Positions 8,549 through 17,467 of a DNA stretch of 48,836 nt are shown piece by piece. Every line of letters begins with the position of its first letter. The stretch's first letter is position 1. The stretch covers positions 1 to 48,836 of IMG/VR virus record IMGVR_UViG_3300010362_000025. One strand, given 5' to 3'. The notes beneath the pieces were generated by a model. It worked only from the letters and a program-made list of their open reading frames with translations, had not been told where the DNA came from and ran no database searches. The translations under genes were made by a program, and so were the position numbers. Origin of the DNA: a virus (Duplodnaviria > Caudoviricetes).

Positions 8549-8838
8549 GCGAGCGGACGGGGGCCGTTGTGATTCTGTGGAAGACAGCCAACGGCTCCCG
8601 TCCTCACGGGACAACTACCCGCGAGATCGGGTACTATCGCGGCTTCCAGAGGTGGCTACGTATGGGAAAACAAATGGACGAGATGAGCGACGACGAGCTC
8701 ATAGCCGCCATCAGCGAACTGCAAGCAGTCAGGGTTCCTAGCAGCAAGACTCCAAAGCAACCGAAGCGACTCGATGAAAAGAAACCGCCCAAAGACCCCG
8801 CTAAGCGCACCTGGCGGGACGACCTATTTGGTGAGTGA
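8545..8838 (+). CDS. hypothetical protein
   Basis: GTGA overlap; start uncertain. Confidence 0.45.
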   Translation: MSERTGAVVILWKTANGSRPHGTTTREIGYYRGFQRWLRMGKQMDEMSDDELIAAISELQAVRVPSSKTPKQPKRLDEKKPPKDPAKRTWRDDLFGE

Positions 8839-8839
8839 G

Positions 8840-9100
8840 ATGCTCACGGCGTACAAGATCCTACGCGAGATCGAACTGCTCGACTGGTCCGGTCACGTTG
8901 AACTGCCGTACACCGACATGCAGTGGCTCGCCATGCAGCTCTACGTGAAGCTCACACAGACAAGCGAAGAGGTCTGTGACGCTTGCAACAAGACCGCCCC
9001 TATCGTGCTCAGCACTTCGCTCGGGAACATCTGTGCTGAGTGCGTGGAGGACATGAACGACAATATCGACCAAATGCGCGACGCAATGGGGGACGAGTAG
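8840..9100 (+). CDS. zinc-finger hypothetical protein
   Basis: CDAC...CAEC. Confidence 0.6.
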   Translation: MLTAYKILREIELLDWSGHVELPYTDMQWLAMQLYVKLTQTSEEVCDACNKTAPIVLSTSLGNICAECVEDMNDNIDQMRDAMGDE

Positions 9101-9153
9101 GTTGGTAGTTTTCTAGCAACGCCCCAACGATGTATCGCGCCGGGGAGGCGACT

Positions 9154-10086
9154 ATGGGGGATCCGAGTGAGTTCTGGTTGGACTCGAGCAAGATCGAGAC
9201 TTTCCATCTCTGCCCACAGAAGTATGCATACCGATACGTTGAGCACCTCGTCCCCGTTGACAGGAAGCGCGAGTCGGCGCTCATGTTCGGGGGCGCGATC
9301 CACAAAAGCCTAGAGTCGCTCTACAAAGGCACCGGCTTCGAGAAGGTCAAGTGCCCGCTCTGTCAGCAAGGTTGTTTCTACTGCAAGGGCGTTGACATCC
9401 CCAAGATCAGCGCCGTCTTCCTCGCCAACTACAGCGACGATCCCGAGGATCCAAAGGAGATCCGCACGGTTGATCGGGGGCTGGAGATACTGGCGTACTA
9501 CCTGACCAAGTGGCGTCGCGAGCCCTTCAAGGTACTACAGGTCGAGAAGCCCTTTGAGATCACCTTGACTAGCCACTTCCGTGACTACTACGATGAGTTC
9601 CAGTTCACCTACATCGGACGCATCGACCTCGTCGTGGACTACGAGGGCACCCCGATGACGGTAGACCACAAGACCACCACTCGGTTTGGTATGGTGTTCG
9701 ACGCGGGGTTCAAGCTCAGCGGACAGTTCACCGGGTACATGAAGGGAGCTAGCAAGCTCATCGACCAGCCTATCCACTCGGCTATGAGCAACGCTATCAG
9801 GATCACTACCAAGATCGGTGACGACAGCTTCGCCCGCATCTTCACCCACCGCACTCCCGAGGAGTTCGACCAGTGGGAACGTGAGACTGCATTCGTCGCG
9901 ATGCAGATCTCCGAGATGACACACGCAGGTTTCTTCCCAAAGGCCGCACCCTTCGCGTGTGGAGCATACAACCGCATCTGCGAATATTATCCACTCTGCA
10001 TTGCCGCGGCACAGACCCGCGAGACTCTCAAGCGCTCGGCCTACAAGATCGAGCCGTGGGAGCCAAGGAAGGACAGCGATGAGTGA
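9154..10086 (+). CDS. PD-(D/E)XK exonuclease, Cas4/RecB-like
   Basis: SSKIETFHLCPQKY, FGGAIH, VEKPF, GRIDLV, VDHKTT, C-terminal C...C.YYPLC; GGGGAGG RBS. Confidence 0.9.
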   Translation: MGDPSEFWLDSSKIETFHLCPQKYAYRYVEHLVPVDRKRESALMFGGAIHKSLESLYKGTGFEKVKCPLCQQGCFYCKGVDIPKISAVFLANYSDDPEDPKEIRTVDRGLEILAYYLTKWRREPFKVLQVEKPFEITLTSHFRDYYDEFQFTYIGRIDLVVDYEGTPMTVDHKTTTRFGMVFDAGFKLSGQFTGYMKGASKLIDQPIHSAMSNAIRITTKIGDDSFARIFTHRTPEEFDQWERETAFVAMQISEMTHAGFFPKAAPFACGAYNRICEYYPLCIAAAQTRETLKRSAYKIEPWEPRKDSDE

Positions 10087-10861
10087 ACTCGAGCGGGTGA
10101 TGCCCGCCCACGACGACAAGATGCACTACCGAGGTCGCTCGTATCTATTCTACGGACCAGCGGGCTCGGGCAAGACGACCCTGGCAGCGATGCATCCCGG
10201 CAAGCGGAAGCTCTGGCTCGATGTCGACCAGAAGCTGCACGAGATGGAGGAGCTACCGAATCGTGGAGCTATCTCGTGCTGGATACCCGACGAGCCGCTC
10301 GGTAACCCTGAGCGGATCGAGATCCCATGGTCGCCGGATCCTAAGAACGTGCAGGCTGGCACCATTCCAGCGAAGAAGCCTCTGGGCTACGAGAAGCTGG
10401 TGGCCGTCACCAACGAGCTACTGAAGCAGGCCCGTACTGAGCAGGGCCTGGACTACGATTGTGTGGTGCTCGATACCCTAACGGCAGTTGGCGACCACTG
10501 GTCTAGGCTGCTCATGTACACGCACCGGGTCTCGTTCATGACCGAGAGACTGTGGGGTATCTACCTCGCGGGCATGATGGAGTACCTCAATGGATTTCTC
10601 ACTCTCCCTTGTGATCGAATCGTCATCTGCCACGAGAAGCGACGAACTGATGAGGATACTAAGCAGGATGTTATACGACCTTCAGTCGCTGGGCAAATGG
10701 GAGATAACCTCGTGCGGTTTTTCACAGAAGCATATTGGCTTTCTGGGCGTGAACGTAGCGGGAAGTACAAGCTACAGACTGTCACAGCTAACGGAGCTGC
10801 TGCACGAACTAGTCGAAAGCTCGACCCCGAAACCCTAGCAGGGCCAGAGATCTTCGCGTAG
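10079..10861 (+). CDS. AAA ATPase, Sak4-like recombinase (AAA_24 type)
   Basis: Walker A YGPAGSGKTT, Walker B VVLDTLT, VICHE; lies between nuclease and SSB. Confidence 0.85.
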   Translation: MSELERVMPAHDDKMHYRGRSYLFYGPAGSGKTTLAAMHPGKRKLWLDVDQKLHEMEELPNRGAISCWIPDEPLGNPERIEIPWSPDPKNVQAGTIPAKKPLGYEKLVAVTNELLKQARTEQGLDYDCVVLDTLTAVGDHWSRLLMYTHRVSFMTERLWGIYLAGMMEYLNGFLTLPCDRIVICHEKRRTDEDTKQDVIRPSVAGQMGDNLVRFFTEAYWLSGRERSGKYKLQTVTANGAAARTSRKLDPETLAGPEIFA

Positions 10862-10888
10862 CTACGCTGCAGTGCGTCATTGCGAAAA

Positions 10889-11119
10889 ATGACTACTCGC
10901 CTGGATCAAGGAAATGAACTACTTTTTCAAGCGACTCATACTGCGTATTGCGCTGGCTTTGTTGTCCGTGGTAATCGAGTGGTGGCAGCGGCGCCGATCA
11001 TTGCACGTCGAGTCCTGTCCGTACCAGCACAACACGCTATCGCCCGACTTGTATCTTGCGGCGCACGAATCGAACACGTCTTCACGGCCGGTCCGCCGGC
11101 CTTAACCAGCGTGCGGTAG
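10889..11119 (+). CDS. small phage hypothetical protein
   Basis: YCAGFVVRGNRVVAAAPI resembles a recurrent small phage protein; alternative frame 10914-11105 also possible. Confidence 0.45.
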   Translation: MTTRLDQGNELLFQATHTAYCAGFVVRGNRVVAAAPIIARRVLSVPAQHAIARLVSCGARIEHVFTAGPPALTSVR

Positions 11120-11140
11120 CACGCCAAAAGGAGTAGCATC

Positions 11141-11536
11141 ATGGGTGACGCAGACTACATCAACATCAACCTGGATGACGTCGACGATGGGAGCGATCCC
11201 GTCCCGGCGGGCCTCCAACTGGTGCGCGTCAAGAGCGCCCAGAAGAAGCACAAGGAGGGCAGCGAGTACCCGTACATCGACGTACGGCTGTCGCCCCTCG
11301 AGGTGGAGGACAAGTTCAAGAACCGCCAGCTCTTCCTCACCCTGAGCTTCCACCCCAACGCGATGTGGAACATGAAGCGCTTCCTCAAGGCGGCACAGGT
11401 GCCGTTCGACGCGAAGGGCTTCCACATCGAGGACTTCGCAGGCAAGGAGCTGTACGTCACCGTGAACCACAAGCCGGACCAGAGCGACCCCACCGCGATC
11501 CGCGCGGAGGTGAACCCGCCGTACACCAAGGCGTAG
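11141..11536 (+). CDS. single-stranded DNA-binding protein (DUF669-like)
   Basis: PVPAG...V.VKSA...YPYI...; position after Sak4-like ATPase; AAAGGAG RBS. Confidence 0.75.
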   Translation: MGDADYININLDDVDDGSDPVPAGLQLVRVKSAQKKHKEGSEYPYIDVRLSPLEVEDKFKNRQLFLTLSFHPNAMWNMKRFLKAAQVPFDAKGFHIEDFAGKELYVTVNHKPDQSDPTAIRAEVNPPYTKA

Positions 11537-11545
11537 TCTAACCTA

Positions 11546-11610
11546 GGACGCCCGGCGGTTCGACGATCCGGCTGCCCCCAGTCGGACCCTCCCCGGGCCG
11601 TCGGGCGTCC
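11546..11610 (+). other. structured intergenic RNA element
   Basis: 17-bp outer stem (3 G-U pairs) enclosing an 8-bp hairpin with CCCC loop. Confidence 0.6.
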
Positions 11611-11624
11611 AATGTGAGGTGCGT

Positions 11625-11858
11625 ATGAACCAGCGTTGTAGCGCAAAGATCCAGGGAGTCAAGGAGACGCTCGCCGAGGTTGTCGATGCGCTCGATCACT
11701 TGGTTGAGGGTATAGATGCAGACAACGAAGAGGACGTCTCGGAGGCACTCGAGATGATGCCGACGGCTCGCGTGATCACCAAAGCAGTCGAGGACCTCGG
11801 TATGATCCTACGGAACGCGCCGTGGGAGAGCGGCAGGAAGGGCAAGAAGAATGGCTGA
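11625..11858 (+). CDS. hypothetical helical protein
   Basis: GAGGTG RBS; overlaps start of ParB-MTase. Confidence 0.6.
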   Translation: MNQRCSAKIQGVKETLAEVVDALDHLVEGIDADNEEDVSEALEMMPTARVITKAVEDLGMILRNAPWESGRKGKKNG

Positions 11859-13296
11859 CGAACGCATCGCCATCACGGACATCGTCATCGGTGAGAAGCA
11901 CAGGATGCGGAAGTTTTTCGGCAACATCGAGGAGCTTGCCGCGTCCATCGCCCGGTTCGGATTGCTCACGCCTATCGTCCTGGACAGCGAGAACAATTTG
12001 ATCGCCGGGCACCGACGCATTCTCGCAACCAAGAGCCTCGGGCACCCTGACATCTTGTTCCGCCGCATCGAGGCCCTGGATCCCATCACGCGGCAGGAGC
12101 TCGAGCTAGAGGAGAACATTCGCCGCAAGGACCTCGAGTGGCAGGAAGAGGTCGTCGGGCTCTACCGACTTTACATGGCAAAGCAGGCCAGGTATGGCGA
12201 GAAGGGCAACCCACTCTCCGAGAACGGGGGGTATGGAATCGAGGAGGCCGCACGGGAGCTGGATCGGGCTACCGGATCTATCAGCATGGACCTGGCGCTC
12301 GCCAAGGCGTTACAGGAGTACCCCGATCTAGTCGAAGAGAAGACGAAGTCGTCCGCGTTCAAGCGGTTCCGCAGGATGAAGGAGACGGCACTGCGGGCGG
12401 AACTCGCCAAGCGAAAGCAAGGTGAGGACCATGGTCAGCTCGTCGAAGACGAAGAAGAACTCGAAGACGAAGCACAGAGCACCGAAGCTCCAGCCTTTCT
12501 ACGCCAACCTATTCGCAAGGCTGTCTGGAAAGGGATTGGCGTATTCTATCATGCTGACGCACGTGATGTCCTGCGCGGATTGCCGGAGGACTCTGTCGAC
12601 CTTATTGTCACTGACCCACCCTACGGGATAGGGCTGTACAAAGAGGGCGCGGCAGTAAGCTCGAGCAAGTTCGCCGAGTCGCAGGGGGCCATGTACGACG
12701 ATGACCCCAAGACGATCATGGACATGCTCGACGAGACATTCATGCACGCGGCTAGGCTACTGAAGCCAGACGGCCATGCGTACGTGTTCTTCCACATGAC
12801 TCGGTACGAGCCCGTGTACCTTATGCTCAAGCGACACTTCGGGGAGTGCGAGGCGACACCTATCATCTGGATGAAGCAGACCACAGGCATCGGAGATCCC
12901 ACGCGCAACTGGATCTACAGCTACGAACCTTGCTTCTGGGTGAACCGCGGACGTATCCTTGTCAAGCCACAGCCCTTCAACGTGCTCAAGTATGACACAG
13001 TCGGAAAGAAGATCCACAGCGTTGAGAAGCCCGTCGCGCTCATGCGGCACCTCGTCGAGGCGTCAGCCGTCAAGGGAGAGATCGTGCTGGATCCCTTCGC
13101 CGGATCTGGAAGTACGCTGGTTGCTGCAGCTCAGCTCGGCTGTCGGTTCATCGGGATCGAGAAGCATCAGGACTTCTATCGAAGTGCGATTGATCGTGTG
13201 GCACGCGATCTGGCGAGTGAGGCAGTCTCTGACGTGGCGCCAGTTGTTGATCCTGAACCTGCTGGCGAGCCTAACTCCGAGGGAGCTTCTCAATGA
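11851..13296 (+). CDS. ParB/Srx-domain - DNA N6-adenine/N4-cytosine methyltransferase fusion
   Basis: N-terminal IEELAASIARFGLLTPIVL...LIAGHRR...EENIRRKDL; C-terminal TDPPY, H..EKPVALM, VLDPFAGSGST (beta-class order). Confidence 0.92.
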   Translation: MADERIAITDIVIGEKHRMRKFFGNIEELAASIARFGLLTPIVLDSENNLIAGHRRILATKSLGHPDILFRRIEALDPITRQELELEENIRRKDLEWQEEVVGLYRLYMAKQARYGEKGNPLSENGGYGIEEAARELDRATGSISMDLALAKALQEYPDLVEEKTKSSAFKRFRRMKETALRAELAKRKQGEDHGQLVEDEEELEDEAQSTEAPAFLRQPIRKAVWKGIGVFYHADARDVLRGLPEDSVDLIVTDPPYGIGLYKEGAAVSSSKFAESQGAMYDDDPKTIMDMLDETFMHAARLLKPDGHAYVFFHMTRYEPVYLMLKRHFGECEATPIIWMKQTTGIGDPTRNWIYSYEPCFWVNRGRILVKPQPFNVLKYDTVGKKIHSVEKPVALMRHLVEASAVKGEIVLDPFAGSGSTLVAAAQLGCRFIGIEKHQDFYRSAIDRVARDLASEAVSDVAPVVDPEPAGEPNSEGASQ

Positions 13297-13658
13297 GATC
13301 CATAAAGGTCTACATCGCCGGACCGTATAGTCAAGGAGACGTTGAGGCAAACGTCGAGGTAGCTATGCGCACCTGGCTTGAGTTGTGGGCCGTCGGATAC
13401 ATTCCGTACTGTGCCCACTGGACCTACTTTCAGAACAAGTTCCTTGAGCTACCGTACGATGACTGGCTCGAGTTCGACGGATACTGGCTGGAGAGTTGCG
13501 ATGCAGTTCTCCGACTACCAGGGCCTTCGCGCGGAGCAGACATGGAGGTAACGGCAGCTACCCAGCTAGGCATGTCGGTCTATAATAGCACGACAGAGCT
13601 ACTAAAAGGCCTACCTCCTAATGGCAAGCCAGCTACACGGAAAGATAGTTCCGCCTAG
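13293..13658 (+). CDS. nucleoside 2-deoxyribosyltransferase-like protein (DUF4406/DUF1937-like)
   Basis: KVYIAGPYS...CDAVLRLPGPSRGADME. Confidence 0.8.
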   Translation: MRSIKVYIAGPYSQGDVEANVEVAMRTWLELWAVGYIPYCAHWTYFQNKFLELPYDDWLEFDGYWLESCDAVLRLPGPSRGADMEVTAATQLGMSVYNSTTELLKGLPPNGKPATRKDSSA

Positions 13659-15942
13659 CGGAACCATCGCCTGTCAGATAGCTTTTGTGGGCGCCCGACC
13701 GGGCCATGACGAATGCTACTCAGGTAGACCATTCTCTGGCCCGTCGGGTGACCTGCTTTGGCGGCTAGCAGGCGTCAACAGGAGCGAGTGCTATGTCACA
13801 AACGTCCGCAAGGACTACAGCGACCTTTACTCTGTCCCGACAGCGGCTGAAGTTGATGAGGTGCTGCCCACTCTGCGGGAGGAGCTTGCTAGAACCACTG
13901 CTACTATCTTCGTCGCAGTTGGCGCGCAAGCTCTCTACGCCCTCACGGGCCGACCATCAATTGAGCAGTGGCGGGGCTCCGTCCTCGAATGTTCTCTGGT
14001 GCCCGGCAGAAAAGTTATTGGTACGTATCACACTGCTGCCGCCCTCCGCGACTGGCCGCTAACTAGGATCATTGAGCATGATCTAAGGAGAGCTAGAAGT
14101 GAAGCGACCTCTCCGAATATCGTTCGACCTCTCCGCAAGTTCACGATCAATGCCAACCTTGAAGAAACTGTTAGCCATCTCGACGGGCTTGGCGATCCTA
14201 TTTCGGTGGATATCGAGACAATCGGAATGGACTTCCCTACGTGTGTCGGTATCAGTGACGATCCCTCCAGGGCTATCTGCATACCATTCCGCGGAGGCTG
14301 TCTCGGAATTAGCGAGCTTGCGTACGTATGGCGTAAACTCCACCGTGTCTTTCGAGCCAGAGGTATCATCGGACAGAACATCCAGTTCGACCTCACCCGG
14401 CTTGAAAGGTACGGGTTCAGGTTCCCGCGTATTGCGTTTGATACCATGCTCGCGCACCACCTCCTCTACCCGGAGTTCGACCACGACCTAGGCTTCATCG
14501 TATCTATCTACACGAGGGAGCCCTACTACAAGCATGAGAGCAGCACCAATCTCTGGGAGTATAACTGCAAGGATGCTGCGTGTACCTACGAGTGCTATCT
14601 AGGTCTCAAGGGCGAACTCGAGAAGGTCGGTCAAACTAGCTACTTCGATCAGCACGTCATGACCTTGATCAGACCCATCATGCATATGCAGAGCCAGGGG
14701 TTTGTGATCGACAAGCCGGCCCTCGATACGACTAGGGCGCGGATGGAACTCGAGCGTGAGTATCTGCAGTTGCAGCTCAACGAGATGGTCGGGTTCGACA
14801 TCAATGTCAAGAGCGGGCCCGACCTGCGACGCCTGCTCCACGACGAGCTCAAGCTACCCAAGCTCAAACACACCCGCACGGGGCTGCCGAGCACCGATGA
14901 GGACACCCTTCGCAAGCTGTCATTCGACAGCGAGAGGCATGCGCCCGTCTTCAAGAAGATCCTGGATGTACGCGAGAGGCGCACGATGCTCAGCGGGTTT
15001 CTATCAATGGCTACGGGACCGGATGGAAGGTACAAAGCAGACTATCTGATCCACGGGACCAAGTCGGGCCGCTTAAGCAGCCGAGGCAGGGGCAGCGGAC
15101 CTCAGCTGCAGAACATCCCGATGCGTGCCAGGAAGATGTTTGTAGCGGCGCCTGGACACATACTACTTCAGGGAGATTTGAAGCGAGCGGAGGCGATGTT
15201 CGTCGCCTTCGACAGCGAGTCGCCTAGCCTGCAGAAGCTATACACGGATGACAGCATCAATCCGTACTGTGAGTTTGCGAGTCGGACGCTCAACAGGAAG
15301 GTGAGCAAAAGTGAAGAGGAAATCTACAAGACCTTCAAAACGGTCACACACGCCAGTAACTACGGCATGGCCTGGAAGAAGCTTATCATCATCCTCCGAC
15401 TCGCTGGGATCAACCTTGAGAATCTCGAACTCCGAGGCTTGTGGGGCGCCAAGAAGAAAGCTGAGTACCTTATCGAGTCCTACCATGTGCTTGCGCCTGA
15501 ACTTAGAGCTGCTTGGCATCCACGTATACGTTCTATACTCAGGGCCACCCGATGCATTCACGACGCGTTCGGCAGGCGACGACTGTTCCTTGATCGAATG
15601 GACGAGGACTTGTTCCGAAAGGGGTACGCCCAACGTCCTCAATCTTCAATCGTGTCCGTTACTAATCAAGGAGTACGGACTCTCTATTCCGCTGGCCGAA
15701 GGGTTCTCGCTCAAGTCCATGACTCGATCGTCCTCGAGGTCCAGGAAGAAGAAACGGCCGTAGCTCTCGCGGAGCTAGAGCAGGCTATGTCAACACCAGT
15801 AGAGACGTGGGGAGGCACTATAACGATACCCGTGGAACTGAAGATCGGCTATAGCTGGGGGGACTTGCATGAAGTTGATCTCAAGAGCCCACTTCCTGAT
15901 ACGAGTCACTGGCGAACTGCCAGCATGGGTGGGCTTCGATGA
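13621..15942 (+). CDS. polA: family A DNA polymerase with N-terminal uracil-DNA glycosylase-like domain and 3'-5' exonuclease
   Basis: UDG4-like VGARPG/GRPFSGPSG/YVTN/YHTAA; exonuclease DIET, NIQFD, YNCKD; polymerase TKSGRLSS, QLQNIP, DLKRAE, KTVTHASNYG, QVHDS. Confidence 0.93.
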   Translation: MASQLHGKIVPPSGTIACQIAFVGARPGHDECYSGRPFSGPSGDLLWRLAGVNRSECYVTNVRKDYSDLYSVPTAAEVDEVLPTLREELARTTATIFVAVGAQALYALTGRPSIEQWRGSVLECSLVPGRKVIGTYHTAAALRDWPLTRIIEHDLRRARSEATSPNIVRPLRKFTINANLEETVSHLDGLGDPISVDIETIGMDFPTCVGISDDPSRAICIPFRGGCLGISELAYVWRKLHRVFRARGIIGQNIQFDLTRLERYGFRFPRIAFDTMLAHHLLYPEFDHDLGFIVSIYTREPYYKHESSTNLWEYNCKDAACTYECYLGLKGELEKVGQTSYFDQHVMTLIRPIMHMQSQGFVIDKPALDTTRARMELEREYLQLQLNEMVGFDINVKSGPDLRRLLHDELKLPKLKHTRTGLPSTDEDTLRKLSFDSERHAPVFKKILDVRERRTMLSGFLSMATGPDGRYKADYLIHGTKSGRLSSRGRGSGPQLQNIPMRARKMFVAAPGHILLQGDLKRAEAMFVAFDSESPSLQKLYTDDSINPYCEFASRTLNRKVSKSEEEIYKTFKTVTHASNYGMAWKKLIIILRLAGINLENLELRGLWGAKKKAEYLIESYHVLAPELRAAWHPRIRSILRATRCIHDAFGRRRLFLDRMDEDLFRKGYAQRPQSSIVSVTNQGVRTLYSAGRRVLAQVHDSIVLEVQEEETAVALAELEQAMSTPVETWGGTITIPVELKIGYSWGDLHEVDLKSPLPDTSHWRTASMGGLR

Positions 15943-16295
15943 GTGGGGCAGGTACACGGGGACTGACCCGTACATACCAGACAAGGCGGAGAGGGATCTT
16001 GTCGTTACGCTAGCACAGGAGAAGGCAACGAGGATCTTTAGACATGCGTCTAGAAGTGGAGACACCTAATGGTATCAGGTACATCATACGCCAGGTCAGG
16101 CCGGCCGAGTATGCCACCTTCAAAGTTATTCGAACTACTACTAAGGATAAGGGAAAGCGTCGGCGAGGTGGTGTTCTTAGACGCTCTCGCCCTAGTCCAA
16201 ACTGAGTCGAGATCGCCGGAGGGCTGGGGAGGGGGAGGCGTGGGAGCCGGAGGGGACCCGGACGCCGGAGGTGGTGCGGGCGTCGGACAAAGCAA

Positions 16296-17435
16296 ATGCT
16301 AGACGAGTCTTTCCTGCGGCTCTATCTCAAGTATACCAGCAAACAGGAATCGCCAGACGACTTCCACCTATGGGTCGGGATGACGATGGTAGCAGCAGCG
16401 CTGGGACGCAAGTGCTTCATCAACAGGGGGTACTACCGCCTGTTCCCGAATCTATTCACGATCTTAGTCGCCGGCTCGGCCCGGTGTAGGAAGTCCACGG
16501 CGATCAACATTGGCGTCGACCTGCTCAAGGTCGTGCCGACGACTAGAGTCATCGCGGGGAAGATCACACCCGAGCGATTCATCGAGGAGATCCGACCGGA
16601 CGAGGGCAGTCAGATCGCTCCAAACATCTTGGTCCACAGCGGTGAGCTGAGCGTCTTCCTGACCAAGCAACAGTATGGGGAGCCGCTGATCCATATCCTG
16701 ACGGACATGTACGACTGCCCGAAGGACTGGACCTACAAGACCAAGAACAAGGGCCAGGTCTTGCTCAAGGACTTGTTCCTCTGCATCATCGCTGCGACCA
16801 CGCCCGATGGAGTGGCGCAGGGTATCCCTCCGTCGGCGCTCCTCGAAGGATTTGCGTCACGGGTCCTGTTTATCTACCAGGGAGATACCCCACGCCGTAA
16901 CGCGTTGCCCGAGCTGACCGAGGAGGACGAGGAGCTACGGCTTCAGCTCTGCGCGATCATGTCCAAGATAGGGGAGCTCGAGGGTGAGTTCAAGCTCACG
17001 CCGGCTGCCAAGGAGTGGTACATCAACTGGTACAATAACATCGAACCGCCCGCCGACAAACGGCTCGAGGGCATGTGGGGCAGGAAGCACGACCACGTCC
17101 TGCGCATAGCGATGGTGCTGGCCGGCTCGAGCCTGTCGAGGGAAATCGACGAAGGGTTTCTGGACGGAGCACTCCGGGCCGTAGAGACCGTCGAGGGCAA
17201 CGCGCCTCACGCGTTCGCCGAGATCGGTGGGGACCAGCAGACCAACTATCTCAGCCGGGCCGCCACCTTTATCAGGCGGGCCAAGCGCGTGGGTCACAGT
17301 GAGGTTCTACGGAAGCTCTACCCGTGCCGAGCTGACCAGCTCAAGATCATTATGGAGACACTGATCGAGTCCGGTATGGTCAAGCGCGACGAGACCCACC
17401 CGAGCCAGTACGTTTGGATTGGCGACGATCTCTAG
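16296..17435 (+). CDS. DUF3987-like P-loop helicase/primase-associated protein
   Basis: QESPDDFHLW, PNLFTILVAGSARCRKSTAI, TPERF, GFASRVLF; C-terminal wHTH; follows DNA polymerase. Confidence 0.8.
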   Translation: MLDESFLRLYLKYTSKQESPDDFHLWVGMTMVAAALGRKCFINRGYYRLFPNLFTILVAGSARCRKSTAINIGVDLLKVVPTTRVIAGKITPERFIEEIRPDEGSQIAPNILVHSGELSVFLTKQQYGEPLIHILTDMYDCPKDWTYKTKNKGQVLLKDLFLCIIAATTPDGVAQGIPPSALLEGFASRVLFIYQGDTPRRNALPELTEEDEELRLQLCAIMSKIGELEGEFKLTPAAKEWYINWYNNIEPPADKRLEGMWGRKHDHVLRIAMVLAGSSLSREIDEGFLDGALRAVETVEGNAPHAFAEIGGDQQTNYLSRAATFIRRAKRVGHSEVLRKLYPCRADQLKIIMETLIESGMVKRDETHPSQYVWIGDDL

Positions 17436-17443
17436 CGGGCCGC

Positions 17444-17456
17444 TTCAATTGGTGAA
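17444..17456. promoter_or_regulatory. TTCAAT-N3-TGAA box (site 3) at the convergence point of the two gene arms
   Basis: TTCAAT-TGG-TGAA in the 32-bp gap between convergent stops. Confidence 0.65.
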
Positions 17457-17467
17457 CCGCTAACGAA

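Noticed and set aside
9154-10086. Cas4-like gene as evidence of a CRISPR-Cas system
   Set aside because: No repeat-spacer array or other cas genes; nuclease-Sak4-SSB is a standard phage recombination module.
15869-16302. Two short ORFs between polymerase and helicase
   Set aside because: Plausible coupling but no recognisable motifs and uncertain frames; not called.
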